DNA of 64,000 bases, from NCBI RefSeq assembly GCF_006345805.1, contig NC_043006.1:69936001-70000000 (forward strand). Direction: 5' to 3'. The position numbers and the translations under genes were made by a program. Each line of letters opens with the position of its first letter. Within the stretch, counting starts at the first letter, position 1. Below are positions 50,631 to 64,000 of this stretch, piece by piece. Origin of the DNA: Octopus sinensis. Its lineage: Eukaryota. A model generated the notes under the pieces. That model was given only the letters and a program-made list of their open reading frames with translations, ran no database searches and was not told where the DNA came from.

Positions 50631-51074
50631 TTCTATTGACAGAATAGTCTAGCATTATAAATGGCGAATTAAATTAGGATGCAATAGAAATATAGTTACA
50701 TTAACTTAATTTAATTTATTTTTATCGAATAACTTTCTTTAAATAATGTTTGTCGTCGATTAGTTATAATGGAGGGAGGCACGTCATGAATTTGTATATC
50801 ACTAATAATGTAACCAACGTGTAATATTTCAGTTTTTTTTTTCCTTTCACCAATTTTAATTTATATTTCTATTTAATCATGTAACAGACATTGGAATAGA
50901 CGGCCAGATATTACAACTACTAGAGAAGACAGTAATGGAATGAAATAAATGCTTCAGTTCCAAAGAGGTATATTAATGTTGTACTGTTTCTATGCTTGGC
51001 TAAGCATCATTTCATCGTACGACTTCGTCTCAGTCGCTGTTTCTATCAACACTCTCATTATCAAAATCTTATTC

Positions 51075-51688
51075 AGTGCTGTAGCGTGAGTTTACGTGGA
51101 TATGCTGGTCGTATATGGCAGCCGCTATCGGTCGAACCCTTCTAAGAGGTTGCCCCACTACCAGGTTTCAAGAAGGGATAGTGAGCTTGGCAGTATCCTC
51201 TGTTTCCTGACTGTGGCAAAGGAGAATACGTGGTGGACAAGGCTGAAAGTATTGAAGACAGATGTCCCCTTTCCCTTCAATGAAGCCCTCTTCGACGTTT
51301 TCAAGTTCTATTTGGAAAGGGAAAATCAGGATGGAGAAGAAAGTGGTCTGTCCCGGTAAATTTGTCAAGATGTGTGTGACTGTAGGAAAGGTAGTTAGGG
51401 TGAATGGGGCTTTTCTATGTATTCGTCTGTACAACAGTTGGGTAAGGAATTATGCCCCTTGGTGATCAGGGCGATTGTACTTCTTACTCGGGCCTTCATT
51501 GACCCTAGTTAGAGCCTCCCTTGTATTAGACTGTATCATTCATGTGTTTACATATTTCGTATTCTATGTATGTCTTCATCTCATCCTCTACCTTTCTTCC
51601 CTCCATGATTTTTTTTATTAAATTCCAACTTTTTATGTTGTCCATATATAATATCCCTCATCAATGCCCTTATGGCGAACATAAGAAA
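51075..51688 (+). mobile_element. Tx1/L1-type LINE 3' end
   Basis: TVAKENTWWTRLKVLKTD..FKFYL..KIRMEKKV..FVKMCVTVGKVVRVNG; the UTR ends ATGCCCTTATGGCGAACATAAGAAA. Confidence 0.78.
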
Positions 51689-51711
51689 TCATATCATCGC
51701 CGTTGTCGTCA

Positions 51712-51774
<63 letters not shown>

Positions 51775-51795
51775 CAGCAGCAGCAGCAGCAGTAT

Positions 51796-51834
<39 letters not shown>

Positions 51835-51903
51835 CAGCAGCAGCAGCAGCAGTATTAGTAGTAGTAGTAGTAGTAGTAGTAGCAGCAGCAGCAGCAGCAG
51901 TAT

Positions 51904-51942
<39 letters not shown>

Positions 51943-51985
51943 CAGCAGCAGCAGCAGCAGTATTAGTAGTAGTAGTAGTAGTAGT

Positions 51986-52026
<41 letters not shown>

Positions 52027-52072
52027 TAGTAGCAGCAGCAGCAAGGAGGAGGAGGAGGAGAAGAAGAAGAAA
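51712..52072. repeat. Higher-order (TAG)n(CAG)5-6 TAT minisatellite
   Basis: Four TAT-terminated units, then GAG/GAA runs. Confidence 0.95.
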
Positions 52073-52859
52073 TAAACATGTCCAAATAATTTTGAGTGTA
52101 GAGAAGAAATTTTTTTTGCGAAATTCTATTGAAAGAAAATGTAATTAGAAAATATAAATTAGTAATTTTGTTTAATTAGTTAAAAAAATATAATTAATAG
52201 TGTCATGTTGACATCTTCACTGTTTACAACATCCGTGAGTAATAGTCTCTACTAAGACGGTATGATTTACTTCCCTTGGTAAGACAAGCGGCATCTTAGC
52301 AAAATGCATTTTCGCCTCCATTAAAAGTACAACTGCTGATCGTCTGAGAGAACAAGAGTGTAGGGAAATAGAAGGAATTGAATAAAAGTAGAAAATTCAA
52401 CAAAGAAAACGGAACAAAGATTACTGAACAAAGATGAGTGAACAAAGATAAGACTAAACAATGATGAGTCTAAACAAAGATAAAAATGAACGAAGACGAA
52501 AAATAATGAACAACGATATATATGAAGGGAGGTTAAGAACAGAATGAAACGATGGCTTAAAATGTCTGTTTCTATTAAAATATATTCAGCAATGTTAGTG
52601 TTTTCTGAGAATAGTTTAATGGAGAACTAATGTAGCATTCTGCTTCTGAAATGCTTTTATTTGTTGAAATGAATATATTTTATGCAGTTTAATGGTGCAT
52701 GTTGTTTTGTTTAATGGTGTATAATGTATAATATCAGCGATGTAAATATAGATCGACGTTGATACGTGTGTGTAGAGGAAAAGGGAGAGAGGGGGAGAGA
52801 GAGGGGGAGAGAGAAAAAAGAGAGGGAGAGAGAAAGAGAGGAGGCGAGAATCAGAGAGA

Positions 52860-53350
<491 letters not shown>

Positions 53351-53364
53351 TACAGCTAGATATG

Positions 53365-53944
<580 letters not shown>

Positions 53945-54229
53945 ATAGATTCATCATGCTTAGCTCTGCAAAAAAGGAGTCTGTATGTTACTCGATATGT
54001 TCGGCATGTCGCTGTGTGTTTGTGTGGAGGCATCCGTTAGTCTCGCGAGATCATGGAACTGAGCCTACTTGTCTGCTTACAGTCTCACAGTGGGAGAGAA
54101 CTCCAGCGATGTCCACCTACCTTTCCATCTCTCATGTAAAGGGACAACATGTATCTCTTGCTGACATTTTTGAAACGAAGATGGCGTTATCCCTGCGTTG
54201 TCTTAACGAAGTCTAGTTCTCTATACATT

Positions 54230-55140
54230 GTACGTAGCCGAGCATGCGGAGGTGTTACATAAGATGACACGGCTGAGTATCTGGACGCGAGCTACGCCCT
54301 CATCTTTGGTGACTCGGTTAGTGCGCTTGATGAACGGTATGCGTCTTATGCAGTGTGGCTGAATGTGTTGGTACGCCACTCTTGTCTGAAGTGGATAATC
54401 CAAATGCAGGTTCTTTAGACTGCAACTTGATGTGCGCCGTTCGCTTGCAGTTCTCTCATTGTCAGTTTAGCTAGTGTTTATCCAATTCTTTCAGTACATC
54501 TGTTAATCTTAGACTCTAGGGATTTGATGGTGGAGCTGAGGTATGTGAACTTGTGGATGATAATGATAAGTGAGCGCTCAGCAACTTGGCGCAGTAGTTT
54601 CGTTTTCTTTCGATGATGGTGAAGCCGAAGTCTTGATCGGCTCTTGTGAGACTATCAAGAAAACGTTGCATTTAGTCCTGGTGTGTTATCAGCGCTGCAT
54701 CATCTACAAACAAACATGTCGCTGGAGGGGCACTTCGCGTGCTTTGGTTTTCGCATCAATCGGGACAGGCTTAGTAGTTTCCTGCCTAAACTCCAGTAAA
54801 AGTAAACGCCATGAGTTGGGATGCCAAAGGTAAGCTTCAGTATGACAGTGAAGGTGTCGAAGATAGTAGAGACGAGTACACAACCTTATTTGATTTCACT
54901 GCAAATACTGACGGATTTCAACGAAAAGCCACCAAACTGAATGGTATCTTTCATGTTTCATGTTTGTGTAGAATGATTGAACAATCCAAAGGATCCTCAG
55001 AGGGTACCTAATTCTGGCAAGGATCTTAAAGCGGTCTTCTCTATTTACAGAATTGAAGGCTTTCAAGGTGTCAACATTACAAATAGAGCAATCGTCATGC
55101 TGTTCACATTTTTCTTGTAACTATCGAAGAGATATCATGT
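54230..55140 (-). mobile_element. RTE-clade LINE reverse transcriptase fragment
   Basis: VDTLKAFNSVNR..KILAR; MFVCR*CSA.. aligned to LFADDAAL; CQDFGFTI..KT; HKFTYLSSTI..L.LTD.L.KT; with frameshifts. Confidence 0.75.
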
Positions 55141-55276
55141 GAATTGTTGACTGATCTGGCCTCACAAATTTGTTGCTTTTCAAGGAATAAATATAAAGCC
55201 GTTTGTGTTTTCTGGAGTTTTCTCTTAAGTTATTCACAGTAGTAAAATGCCAATAATCTATATGTGTGTGGTGTGA

Positions 55277-55344
<68 letters not shown>

Positions 55345-55629
55345 CCGTTAACGCGGACTGTTGCAGTCCACATGCAACACGGATATTTTATCTTGGTCGA
55401 GTTTCACTCTGAATTTCACCTATGGACGAACAGGATATTTAGTCAAGTTACCACACACACACACATATATATATACACACACGTGCGTAAATTTAAGTAA
55501 TAAGAAAAGAAAACGGATAAACTGACGCATATACATCAATTTATTTGAACATATTCAATTCTGTACAATATTAAATTCTTTGTTCCTACAGCTGTTTCCA
55601 TGCCCAATTAATTCAATTTTCCACAGTTT

Positions 55630-55890
55630 TTTGCGGTGAACGGATTATTTCGAAGTGATTTTGGCCACCAAGACCACCTAATTTAACACCGCCAGACATT
55701 TTTTTCTGGGAAGCAAGTAAAGGATCTGTGTACAAGTATCGCCCGAAAACCTTAATGAATTAAAAGACGCAATCATAACCTTCACATGGACCATACCACA
55801 TCAGACTCTCCAAGATGTATTTGAAAACATGTGTAGGAGAGACAACTTATGTATTGAAAATGAAGGAGGACATTTTCAATACGTGTTTTG
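55630..55890 (+). pseudogene. Tc1/mariner-superfamily transposase 3' fragment
   Basis: WPPRPPNLTPPDIFFW..VYK.RPK...LKDAI...IPHQTLQDVFENMCRR..CIENEGGHFQY. Confidence 0.8.
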
Positions 55891-55908
55891 CCAAGTCTAT
55901 TTATTATA

Positions 55909-56102
55909 CAAGGTGTTGAAAAAGTTTCTCCGCAGTTTTTTTCTCCAAGATGTATTTCAAAACATGTGTAGGAGAGTCAACCTACGTATTGAAAATGAAG
56001 GACGACACTTTTAACTCCAATATATTCATTTGTAGTCTTAGACCATCTTATAAATATTTTATTTTGCAATACTTACTGCGGAGAGACTTTTTGAACACCC
56101 TG
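55909..56102 (+). mobile_element. 194-bp Tc1/mariner MITE
   Basis: 28-bp TIRs CA(A/G)GGTGTT(G/C)AAAAAGT(T/C)TCTCCGCAGT with TA at both ends; the interior repeats the 55806-55880 transposase tail. Confidence 0.85.
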
Positions 56103-56639
56103 TACATGCCCACACATATATGTGAATGTATATATGTATGTATGCAAATATGTATACGTGTATTCTATGACAATGTTCGATATTGAGGATGTTCGTTTTA
56201 TTGTGCCAGTGAGTGTGTATTTGTATTTCCATGAGTGGGTGTTTGAATAAGTACAAATGTTTATAAGTGTGTGCCTTTCTTTATATTTGCGGGTGAACTT
56301 CAACAGATCAACCGAACCGAAGCGAACTGTTGTAAAAAGAGAATTGAATAAGTAAATGCATTTTTAATGTTCGAAGAATTGTCAAAATAAAATAAGACCA
56401 GATAAATGATATAACAGCATGATATCCGTAAGGGTTAGTAGGCTTTCCTTGACATATAGGGGAGACAAATCTGAACACATTTCATCTCATATTGAAGGCT
56501 TATCAGCGACAGTCTAGCATCTCATTAGATAAGTGTTGTCAGTATTTCTTATTTCTCTTTCAGAATATTTTTCTTATGCTCGCAGTATGTGATATGTTAT
56601 CTTTTATCTACACTCTGCTTCAGTTGCAGCTGTTTAGGT

Positions 56640-56830
56640 TGGTAGAATCGTGGTGGGCGGAAGAATTGTTAGAGCCTTAAACTATTCGGTTCTTTATGCG
56701 TTGAGTTCAAATCACGCCGAAGCAAACTTTGCCTTTCACACTTTCAGGGCTGATAAAATGAAGTACCAATGAAATAATAGGATTGATGTAATCGATTAAC
56801 CCGGATCTAAAAAATTTCATGTTTTGTGCA
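56640..56830 (+). mobile_element. Old SINE A-type copy
   Basis: TTGGTAGAATCGT...GAGTTCAAATCACGCCGA...CTTTGCCTTTCA...AAGTACCA...GATGTAATCGATTAA. Confidence 0.65.
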
Positions 56831-56849
56831 TAAATGAGAAACAACTATC

Positions 56850-57250
56850 AGGCACTTCCGGTATGTATATTGAAGATATATTCTGTGCTGAATGCATTTA
56901 ATCTCTATCAGAATGTATAGTTATTATGTTGCCTTGGAGTATGGCATCTGGGCCGTTCTCCTTGATATCATTGATACCTTGTTCATGTTTGTCCCAGATT
57001 ATTATCGCCAGGTAATCGTCACTCTATGGTTTTCGTGCAAGACTAAATCACTTATTCTCAGTGTGCATGTCGAAATACCACCATCTTGCTGCTTTCCTGT
57101 CGCCTCAGGCGATATAATCTGTCTTTATAAGGACTAATCATCTGGAAATGATGTGATCAGTTGTCTCTCTGCATTGATTACATAATCTTATATAATATGT
57201 CGTTGCAAGACTTGTCAACCACAAATGATGCGGTCGATTGTCTTATTACA
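56850..57250 (-). mobile_element. Decayed R4/Dong-like RLE fragment
   Basis: ..VLHENHRVTITW.. and IKENGPDAIL resemble the xxNRPDI motif. Confidence 0.4.
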
Positions 57251-57545
57251 TTTATCACAGTCACTTTTACTACGTCTTTATTTCATTATATTTGCCATAA
57301 AGGCAGTACATAAAGTAACTTTGCGGGTTGGACAAGGACATTAATGAAATGAATGATAATGAAACAAAGATGATAAGGATGGGAGAAGACAAAAGCGCCC
57401 GCTGATTCTGCTTCTCTAAAACATTGTTCTTTAAAACCAAACACAAAACGAGGTATTAAACCTCTTACAACATTTAAAACTTTTCAATTTTGGGACTTAA
57501 CAGTCCATTGCAAACAACAACATAGTTCAATAATTACATATAATA

Positions 57546-57939
57546 TCTTTATATATAAAAGAAAGGTTGTGTGTCTGTCTACTCCGATTTAGATTCCTAA
57601 CTACTCCCACAGTTTGCGATGCAGTTTAACCAAAACCGGGTATCTTATAGTCCTGATTCATATCGAGCCCTTCTGGGTATTAGCGCGCGTCTACGATGAA
57701 TCTACGATTTTTAAAATAATTTACCATCATTTTTTCCATTTTAATGCATTTTTTCGCTATTACATAAGGGAAGTAACTCTCTAAAAATGTCTACGATGAG
57801 TCAACGATTTAAAAAAAAATTTACCATAATTTTTTTTCATTTTTAATGCATTTTTTGCTATTTTTTGGCTATAACTCTCTAAAAATGCTTTATAGTTATT
57901 TCCCTTACAAACCCGAGCAACGCCGGGCGATAATGCTAG
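57546..57939 (+). mobile_element. Non-autonomous Helitron family 1 (394 bp)
   Basis: A|TCTTTATATATAAAA...CCCGAGCAACGCCGGG..ATG-CTAG|T. Confidence 0.9.
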
Positions 57940-57955
57940 TATATATATATAAATA

Positions 57956-58860
57956 CTATGCACAAAGCCACTCCTCCCAGACCAGGCTGTACGCTTCCCT
58001 TAGGCAATGCTCCAGCTCCAGGTCTGGGCCCCAGAAGGCGTATTTAAACATGTTCTTTGAGAAGGTGTTCATCACCCTGACCATAGCGACATCCGATATG
58101 ACCTTCCTAGTCACCTGCGAAGACCACTCCTCGCCCTCTGTCCAGGGCATGGGCTCCTCCCTCCGGTCATCCAGCATCTCTATGTAGCTCTGTATTGTCC
58201 CTCCTTTCTGGAAGAAGATGACAAAATCATGTCTCTTGGAAGGGGCCACTGATTCCTCTGTCGGTGGCACACATCCCACCGACAAAGTTTCCGGGCATGC
58301 CGACAGTTCACCATCAACCGCATGCGATGCCCCATTCTTTTTCTTTCTTCTTTTTCTCTTCTCCTTTACGACGGGAGGGTGGAGTTCCTCCTTCATGTCC
58401 GGAAGCCTTTCCTTCCCTCCCGCCGCCTCAGGATCCATAGTTGGGCAACAATGGTTGCCCACCTTCTTCCTATTTTCCTTTCGACTTCCTCCCTCTTTCC
58501 CTCCAATGGAGGAAGCAGGAGGCTCTTCGTCTATTAACTGCTCCAGGACCTTTACTTGGTCCCGGCGACAGTTTTTCTTTATGTGACCAAATTCCAGGCA
58601 CAGGTGACACTTGGGGGTGGGGGCGTCCCGCAAGGATCACCGGGTACGTGGAACTGGCCATTGTTAAAAAATCCGGCAAAACCAGATCATCGGCTGATTG
58701 GGTCTATAGGGTCAAAATTACGTTTGACCCCACCCAATCAGCCGCAGGAAGGATTCTGACATTCAAGAGCTTGGTGAGGACAGGTCAACCAGAAGTCTTG
58801 TGGCCAGTTTGATACAAATCTCCAGTCGAAATCAGCCTCTTGTTTCATTATTCGATCTTG
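57956..58860 (-). pseudogene. Gag-like/ORF1 protein with a CCHC zinc knuckle (non-LTR retrotransposon type)
   Basis: 225 open codons starting at ..PTPKCHLCLEFGHIKKNC (C-X2-C-X4-H-X4-C); frameshift just upstream; further stops at the 5' end. Confidence 0.7.
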
Positions 58861-59076
58861 GTTATTTTTGACAGAGAAGTATTAATCTTCTTGTCTTAAA
58901 AATCAGACTTCCCGTTTCAGTTTTTTGCTTTTATTCCAGATTCTTTTAGCTTTCATTTGCAGTCATAATGGTTTATTTTCTCCATTTATAGTCTTGCAGA
59001 ATATTGGTCAGAGAAAAGTGTTGCTTTTTTATTTTTATATACTTCTTTAATTTTCTTTTTCTAAAGTTCCACTTTG

Positions 59077-59152
<76 letters not shown>

Positions 59153-59169
59153 TATATATATATATATAT

Positions 59170-59206
<37 letters not shown>

Positions 59207-59670
59207 CATACATATATATAACGTTTTCTGCCGTTATTTTGTCATCATCTAAATCATTTTTTCTCTGGTGCAATTAACTTTTAGCTTGTATTTTTCCAGT
59301 TGTATACAGCGAACAGCTGGGAGGGTTTTTGTTGTTCTGTTTTGTAGTTTTTTTGTTTTTTACATGTAATTCTAATGAGTTTCCCTTTTGTTTCCTTTTA
59401 AATGTTTTATTATATCCACTTTGATTATTCTCTAATAGTCCATTAATTGTATCTGGCCTCTTTGTGTGTTCACATCTTATTTATATCAGATTTAGTACGG
59501 TAGGTTTATAATGCAGTTGTAGCTTTTCTAGTTTTTCTGTCTTAGCTCTTCAATTCACGTAATTTTTAGATGATTATATTGAAACTGATGTCTTGTATGT
59601 CGATACCTTTTATCTTGTATCGGTCATTGAGTTTAGGTTGTGGTTTTTTTTTTTATTAATTACTCCGCTG

Positions 59671-59900
59671 GGGTTGCGAGCTGGCAGAAACTTTAGCACG
59701 CCGGGCGAAATGCGTAGCCGTATTTCGCCTGCCGCTACGTTCTGAGTTCAAATTTCGCCGTGGTCGACTTTGCCTTTCATCCTTTGGGGGCCGATTAAAT
59801 AAGTACCAGTTACGCACTGGGGTCGATGTAATCGACTTAATCCGTCTGTCTGTCCTTGTTTGTCCTCTCTGTGTTTAGCCCCTTGTGGGTAGTAAAGAAA
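59671..59900 (+). mobile_element. Full-length SINE A
   Basis: Head through GTAGTAAAGAAA, followed by TAGGTATT. Confidence 0.93.
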
Positions 59901-59905
59901 TAGGT

Positions 59906-60176
59906 ATTGCACGAGTGTTGTGCGTGCAAGGAACTGTGTGAATAGACAGAAAAAAAAGAAGAAAAAAGGTACCAGCGGTAGATCGGAGCTTGTGGGTGGA
60001 GCGCGGCCTGATCATCGATTCATTTGTATTGTTCTTGTATTGTTAATTCCATTCGATTTTTAAATATTGTATTAAAATTTTTAAAGTCACATTATATGTA
60101 AAATCATATCGCTTCACTGATCCCATCAGTTGTTCGGTCCATTTCTATGTTTGGCCCCCGGTAGGCAATAAAGAAA
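59906..60176 (+). mobile_element. Probable Tx1-type LINE 3' tip lodged between SINE A units
   Basis: IARVLCVQGTV* resembles the VARM.RVNG ORF2 ends; the UTR ends GGCCCCCGGTAGGCAATAAAGAAA. Confidence 0.55.
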
Positions 60177-60178
60177 TT

Positions 60179-60534
60179 CGTATTTCGTCTGCCGTTACGT
60201 TCTGAGTTCAAATTCCGCCGTGGTCGACTTTGCCTTTCATCCTTTCGGGGTCGATTAAATAAGTACCAGTTACGCACTGGGGTCAATATAATCGACTTAA
60301 TCCGTTTGTCTGTCCTTGTTTGTCCTCTCTGTGTTTAGCCCCTTGAGGGTAGTAAAGAAATAGGTGTTTCGTCTGCCGCTACGTTTTGAGTTCAAATTCC
60401 GCCGAGGTCGACTTTGCCTTTCATCCATTCTGGGTCGATAAATTAAGTACCAGTTACGCACTGGGGTCGATATAATCGACTTAATGTCCTTGCTTGTCCC
60501 CTCTATGTTTAACTCCTTGTGAGCAATAAAGAAA
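60179..60534 (+). mobile_element. Two headless SINE A units in tandem
   Basis: Units start CGTATTTCGTCTGCCG (60179) and AGGTGTTTCGTCTGCCG (60362). Confidence 0.93.
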
Positions 60535-60536
60535 TA

Positions 60537-60735
60537 AGAATCGTTAGCCCACCGGATAAAAATGCTTAGTAGCATTTCACCCGTTTCCACATTCTGAGTT
60601 CAAATTCCGCCGAGATCGACTTATTCTTTTGGGGGGGGGTCGATAACTTAGGTACCAGTTGAGCATTTGGGTCGATGTAATTGACTAGCCTCCTTCTCTG
60701 AAATTGCTGGCCTTGTGCCAAAATTTGAAAAAAAT
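60537..60735 (+). mobile_element. SINE A-related subfamily with an alternative tail
   Basis: GAATCGTTAGC...GAGTTCAAATTCCGCCGAG...TTGCTGGCCTTGTGCCAAAATTTGAAA. Confidence 0.85.
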
Positions 60736-61349
60736 AAACTCTTCCGTCAGACACTTTTCTCGTTTTCTCCTTCGCTCTGTCTCTGTTATAATTTCTCAGT
60801 TTCATTCATTCCTAATTACTGGTATAATTTGTTTATTCTTATCTCATTCTTTGAATGCAATATCTTATACAAAGTTTTGATTTATTTGTCACTTATCTTG
60901 AGTAACTTTGGCAGATGTGTCTAATTCAATATTCATATTGGCATCAGAGCAGTTCTCTATTTGGTTGAGTGCGAATGAGAAATGAATAGCCGGAATTTTT
61001 TTTTTCTTTTAATTAAATTTAACACCTCATTCCAACAGTGAAAGTATTATTTCTGTTATTTATAGTACAAGCTATAACATATATTCCAGTTTCAGAGGCC
61101 TGGAAAATTAAGAAAAACTATCACATTTTAAACAATGGCCTTGGTATTGAACCATTAAAGATCTCCAAAACTAAAAAGAATAAAAAAAAAAGGCACTTAT
61201 TATTCATTACATTCCCAAGTCGCAAGAAGGCCTTCAGCGGTGCCTGGTTGACCAATCAAATGAACGATATCGAATCAGTTATCTTGAGCAGCAGTATTTT
61301 TACAAGAAATTGGATTAAGCTTTCAACAGCTTGATACAGCAGCAGCAGT

Positions 61350-61530
61350 GGAGGCGCAATGGCCCAGTGGTTAGGGCAGCGGACTCGCGGTCGTAAGAAC
61401 GCGGTTTCGATTCCCAGACCGAGCATTGTGAGTGTTTATTGAGCAAAAACACCTAAGGTCTACAAGGCTCAGGCGGGGGGGGGGACCCGCTGTACTCTTT
61501 CACCACAACTTTCTCTCACTCTTTCTTCCT
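61350..61530 (+). mobile_element. SINE C 5' half (tRNA-Arg-like head)
   Basis: GGAGGCGCAATGGCCCAGTGGTTAGGGCAGCGGACTCGCGGTC...GTTTCGATTCCC. Confidence 0.88.
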
Positions 61531-62276
61531 ACTTCTGCCACAAAACAGAGGAACGATGGTATAACCCACTATGGTGTGGTAAACTTTCAGACCCTAGTCT
61601 CGATTGTGAATCCTCTGTACCCCAGGCTGGTTCAGCTCTCCACCCGTTAAAAAAGCCACCGTTTATGGAATGAGGATAACAACGTAGCCTTCGCACCCGT
61701 GCAACCGCCAGTCTATCGCGTGTGGTGGGTGGATCTTCAAGTTTCCACACGCATTTTTAGTAGCTTAGAGTAGGCTCGAATTAGAGATTATTCTTTGTGG
61801 CTAATGGCGTGAGTCCTCATTTGAAGAAGAAGAAGAAGAAGAAGAAGAAGAAGAAGAAGAAGAAGAAGAAGACAGTAGCAGCAGCAGCAAAGTAAATATA
61901 AAAATAAGCTTATGCTTCTATTAATTATTAATTAATCTCTTCTGGACATAAATTACTACCTTTTCCACTTAAGGATTTTTCGAGATGATCTAATATAATA
62001 TATTTCTATTTTATTGTTCAATTTATACAACCACCCCAAGACGCCCAACCGTTAGCGAATACAACACCGTTTATATTTTGAAAATAAGTTACCTAAACAA
62101 ATTCCAATGTTTATTCGTCTAACTGGATCATATCAGATAATATATTACATGTTATTCCAGTCTTCTTAATCATAATTGTCCGACGAATGGAAATGGGAAA
62201 CTCCGAGTAACCATTTTGCGATGTTTTTTCAGCTTTAATAAAAAAAGGTATACATACATACCCCACCCCACATATT

Positions 62277-62324
<48 letters not shown>

Positions 62325-63107
62325 CTAGCAGCATAGCCCGGCGTTGCCCGGGTATGTAAGAAACATTGTCGATAAGCAATGCCCTTTACCTTTTTACCCT
62401 TTTTTGTACTCATTGAACCGTTATTTTGTAAAATGAAGCCTAAAAGGCATTAAGGCATTCAAGGCATCATTCCCTTGCATGCATGAAGAAGTAGGGAAAA
62501 TCTATGTGAACTTTTTAAAAATATCGCAGAAAAATCGGTTTGCTATGTGTGCCACATATGATGTAATTAACCGATTTTTTTCCAGTAATAACATATCCTA
62601 TCGGAATCAAAAGGGCCATACAGCTCCTTGGAGCAGACATGATTCTCACTGTGAATTTCAAAAAAGATTCCTGCCAATTTGTTAAAGATATTGTCGAAAA
62701 TATGTCATCTTGAATTTGAAAGCGATTTCGCAAAATGGAATGATTTTATCGATTTTTTCTGATAGTAAGGTGTTGATGGAAAACTAACATCAGAATTAAG
62801 TTCCTTAGGGTAACATTAGGCTTCACCATGAGTTTGGTGAAAATCGATTGCAAGTTGCGAAAACTACAACGGAAAATGTGATGCATATGATAAGCTTAGA
62901 TTCTCAACCCCATGTCGAATTTATCGATATTTTCAGAACTGGGGGAACTTTTCAAAATTTTCGCTGCGTTAGTTTTGAATTATGACATTGTGGTTATGTG
63001 TGTGTCAAGTTTCATCAGAATCGGTTGAAAGCCGTGGTCAGGGTGAAGGTACAACCTGACAGATACACAGACACACAGACAGACAAACTGCCTTTTATAT
63101 ATATAGA
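62325..63107 (-). mobile_element. Non-autonomous Helitron family 2 (783 bp)
   Basis: Minus strand A|TCTATATATATAAAAGGCAG...CCCGGGCAACGCCGGG-CTATGCTG-CTAG|T; the interior is unrelated to family 1. Confidence 0.88.
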
Positions 63108-63110
63108 TAG

Positions 63111-63196
<86 letters not shown>

Positions 63197-64000
63197 GTGT
63201 GTGTGTGTGGTGTGTATTATATATGTACGTATGTATGTATATATAGAACACATTTTTAGAGTGGATTGTAGATATTTGACATCTACTTCTAGCATTGGCG
63301 ATGGTCGTTTCCAGCAGCCCTTACCTATAATTATATTTTTATAATTATATACTTAAAATATATATGTAGTTATTTATATATGTAATATATACAAGTATAT
63401 GATTACATATAAATATATGTATTCATGTATGTATTAACATGTATATATATACATGTATAATAAACCTTTACATAAATAAATAACATGAAATACACGAAGG
63501 GACGAACAAAAAGACAAACGGGTCATTCAAAGCCTTCATTCTTCAGTCAGAAACTGATCCCTCATCGCAGATTCGGCTGTTTAATTCTGAGATCTGCTCT
63601 GAATCAGCCAGCCACAGAAGGAAAGAATGCCAACGCAACAGAGACGAACATGAAAACGAAAAATCTTTTTTGGAGACAGAACGGTTAAAAACATGGATGA
63701 CACAGCGCCCGACGGCTTTGAGACAAAAAGAGAGACACAAAAACAATATCAGCAAGCGTGGAAAAATAATTACCTTTTCGGTGATAAGACACATGTTGAA
63801 CAAGCGGCCGATGGAAACAGAATGGCTGAGGCAGGAAGTCGCAAGAGGGTAAGAGAGAGAAGGGGGTAAGAGAGAGAGGGGACCAAGGAGGGTGGAAGGC
63901 GAGGGCAAAAGGAATCAGAGAAGAAGCAGTGACCAAGAGAGAGAGGGAGAGAAGGAATCAGAGAGGCTGGGAGAAAAAGGCGCCAAAACGATTTGGCAAC

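Noticed and set aside
61350-61430. Possible tRNA-Arg gene (also other SINE heads)
   Set aside because: It continues directly into a SINE body shared with 2499-2867 and does not form a complete cloverleaf with a proper acceptor stem.

Overview
This is eukaryotic, repeat-saturated non-genic (intergenic or intronic) DNA. It is most likely from an octopus; this is inferred from recalled SINE families and microsatellite density, with no database check. I cannot support any intact host gene, rRNA, true tRNA or CRISPR array, and nearly all ORF-track entries are microsatellite translations. The window holds: (i) several mariner/Tc1 relics and MITEs, including one near-intact 1.29-kb D,D34D copy; (ii) four non-autonomous Helitrons with both TC and CTAG ends, plus one 3' end; (iii) five tRNA-derived or SINE-like families; (iv) LINE fragments of Tx1/L1, R4/Dong, RTE and RTE-X type; (v) many Penelope-like element (PLE) pieces. 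Three signals stand out. First, about 17 type I hammerhead-ribozyme-like motifs from several PLE-type families, some with non-canonical cores (U3-A8, U6, one-nucleotide insertions). Second, a 1.86-kb PLE made of two ~790-bp inverted pseudo-LTRs, each with a hammerhead, around a truncated GIY-YIG segment. Third, a SINE that forms tandem headless arrays with a recurrent junction and shares its 3' tail with Tx1-type LINE ends in the same window. All folds and alignments were done by eye, and boundaries of decayed elements are approximate.
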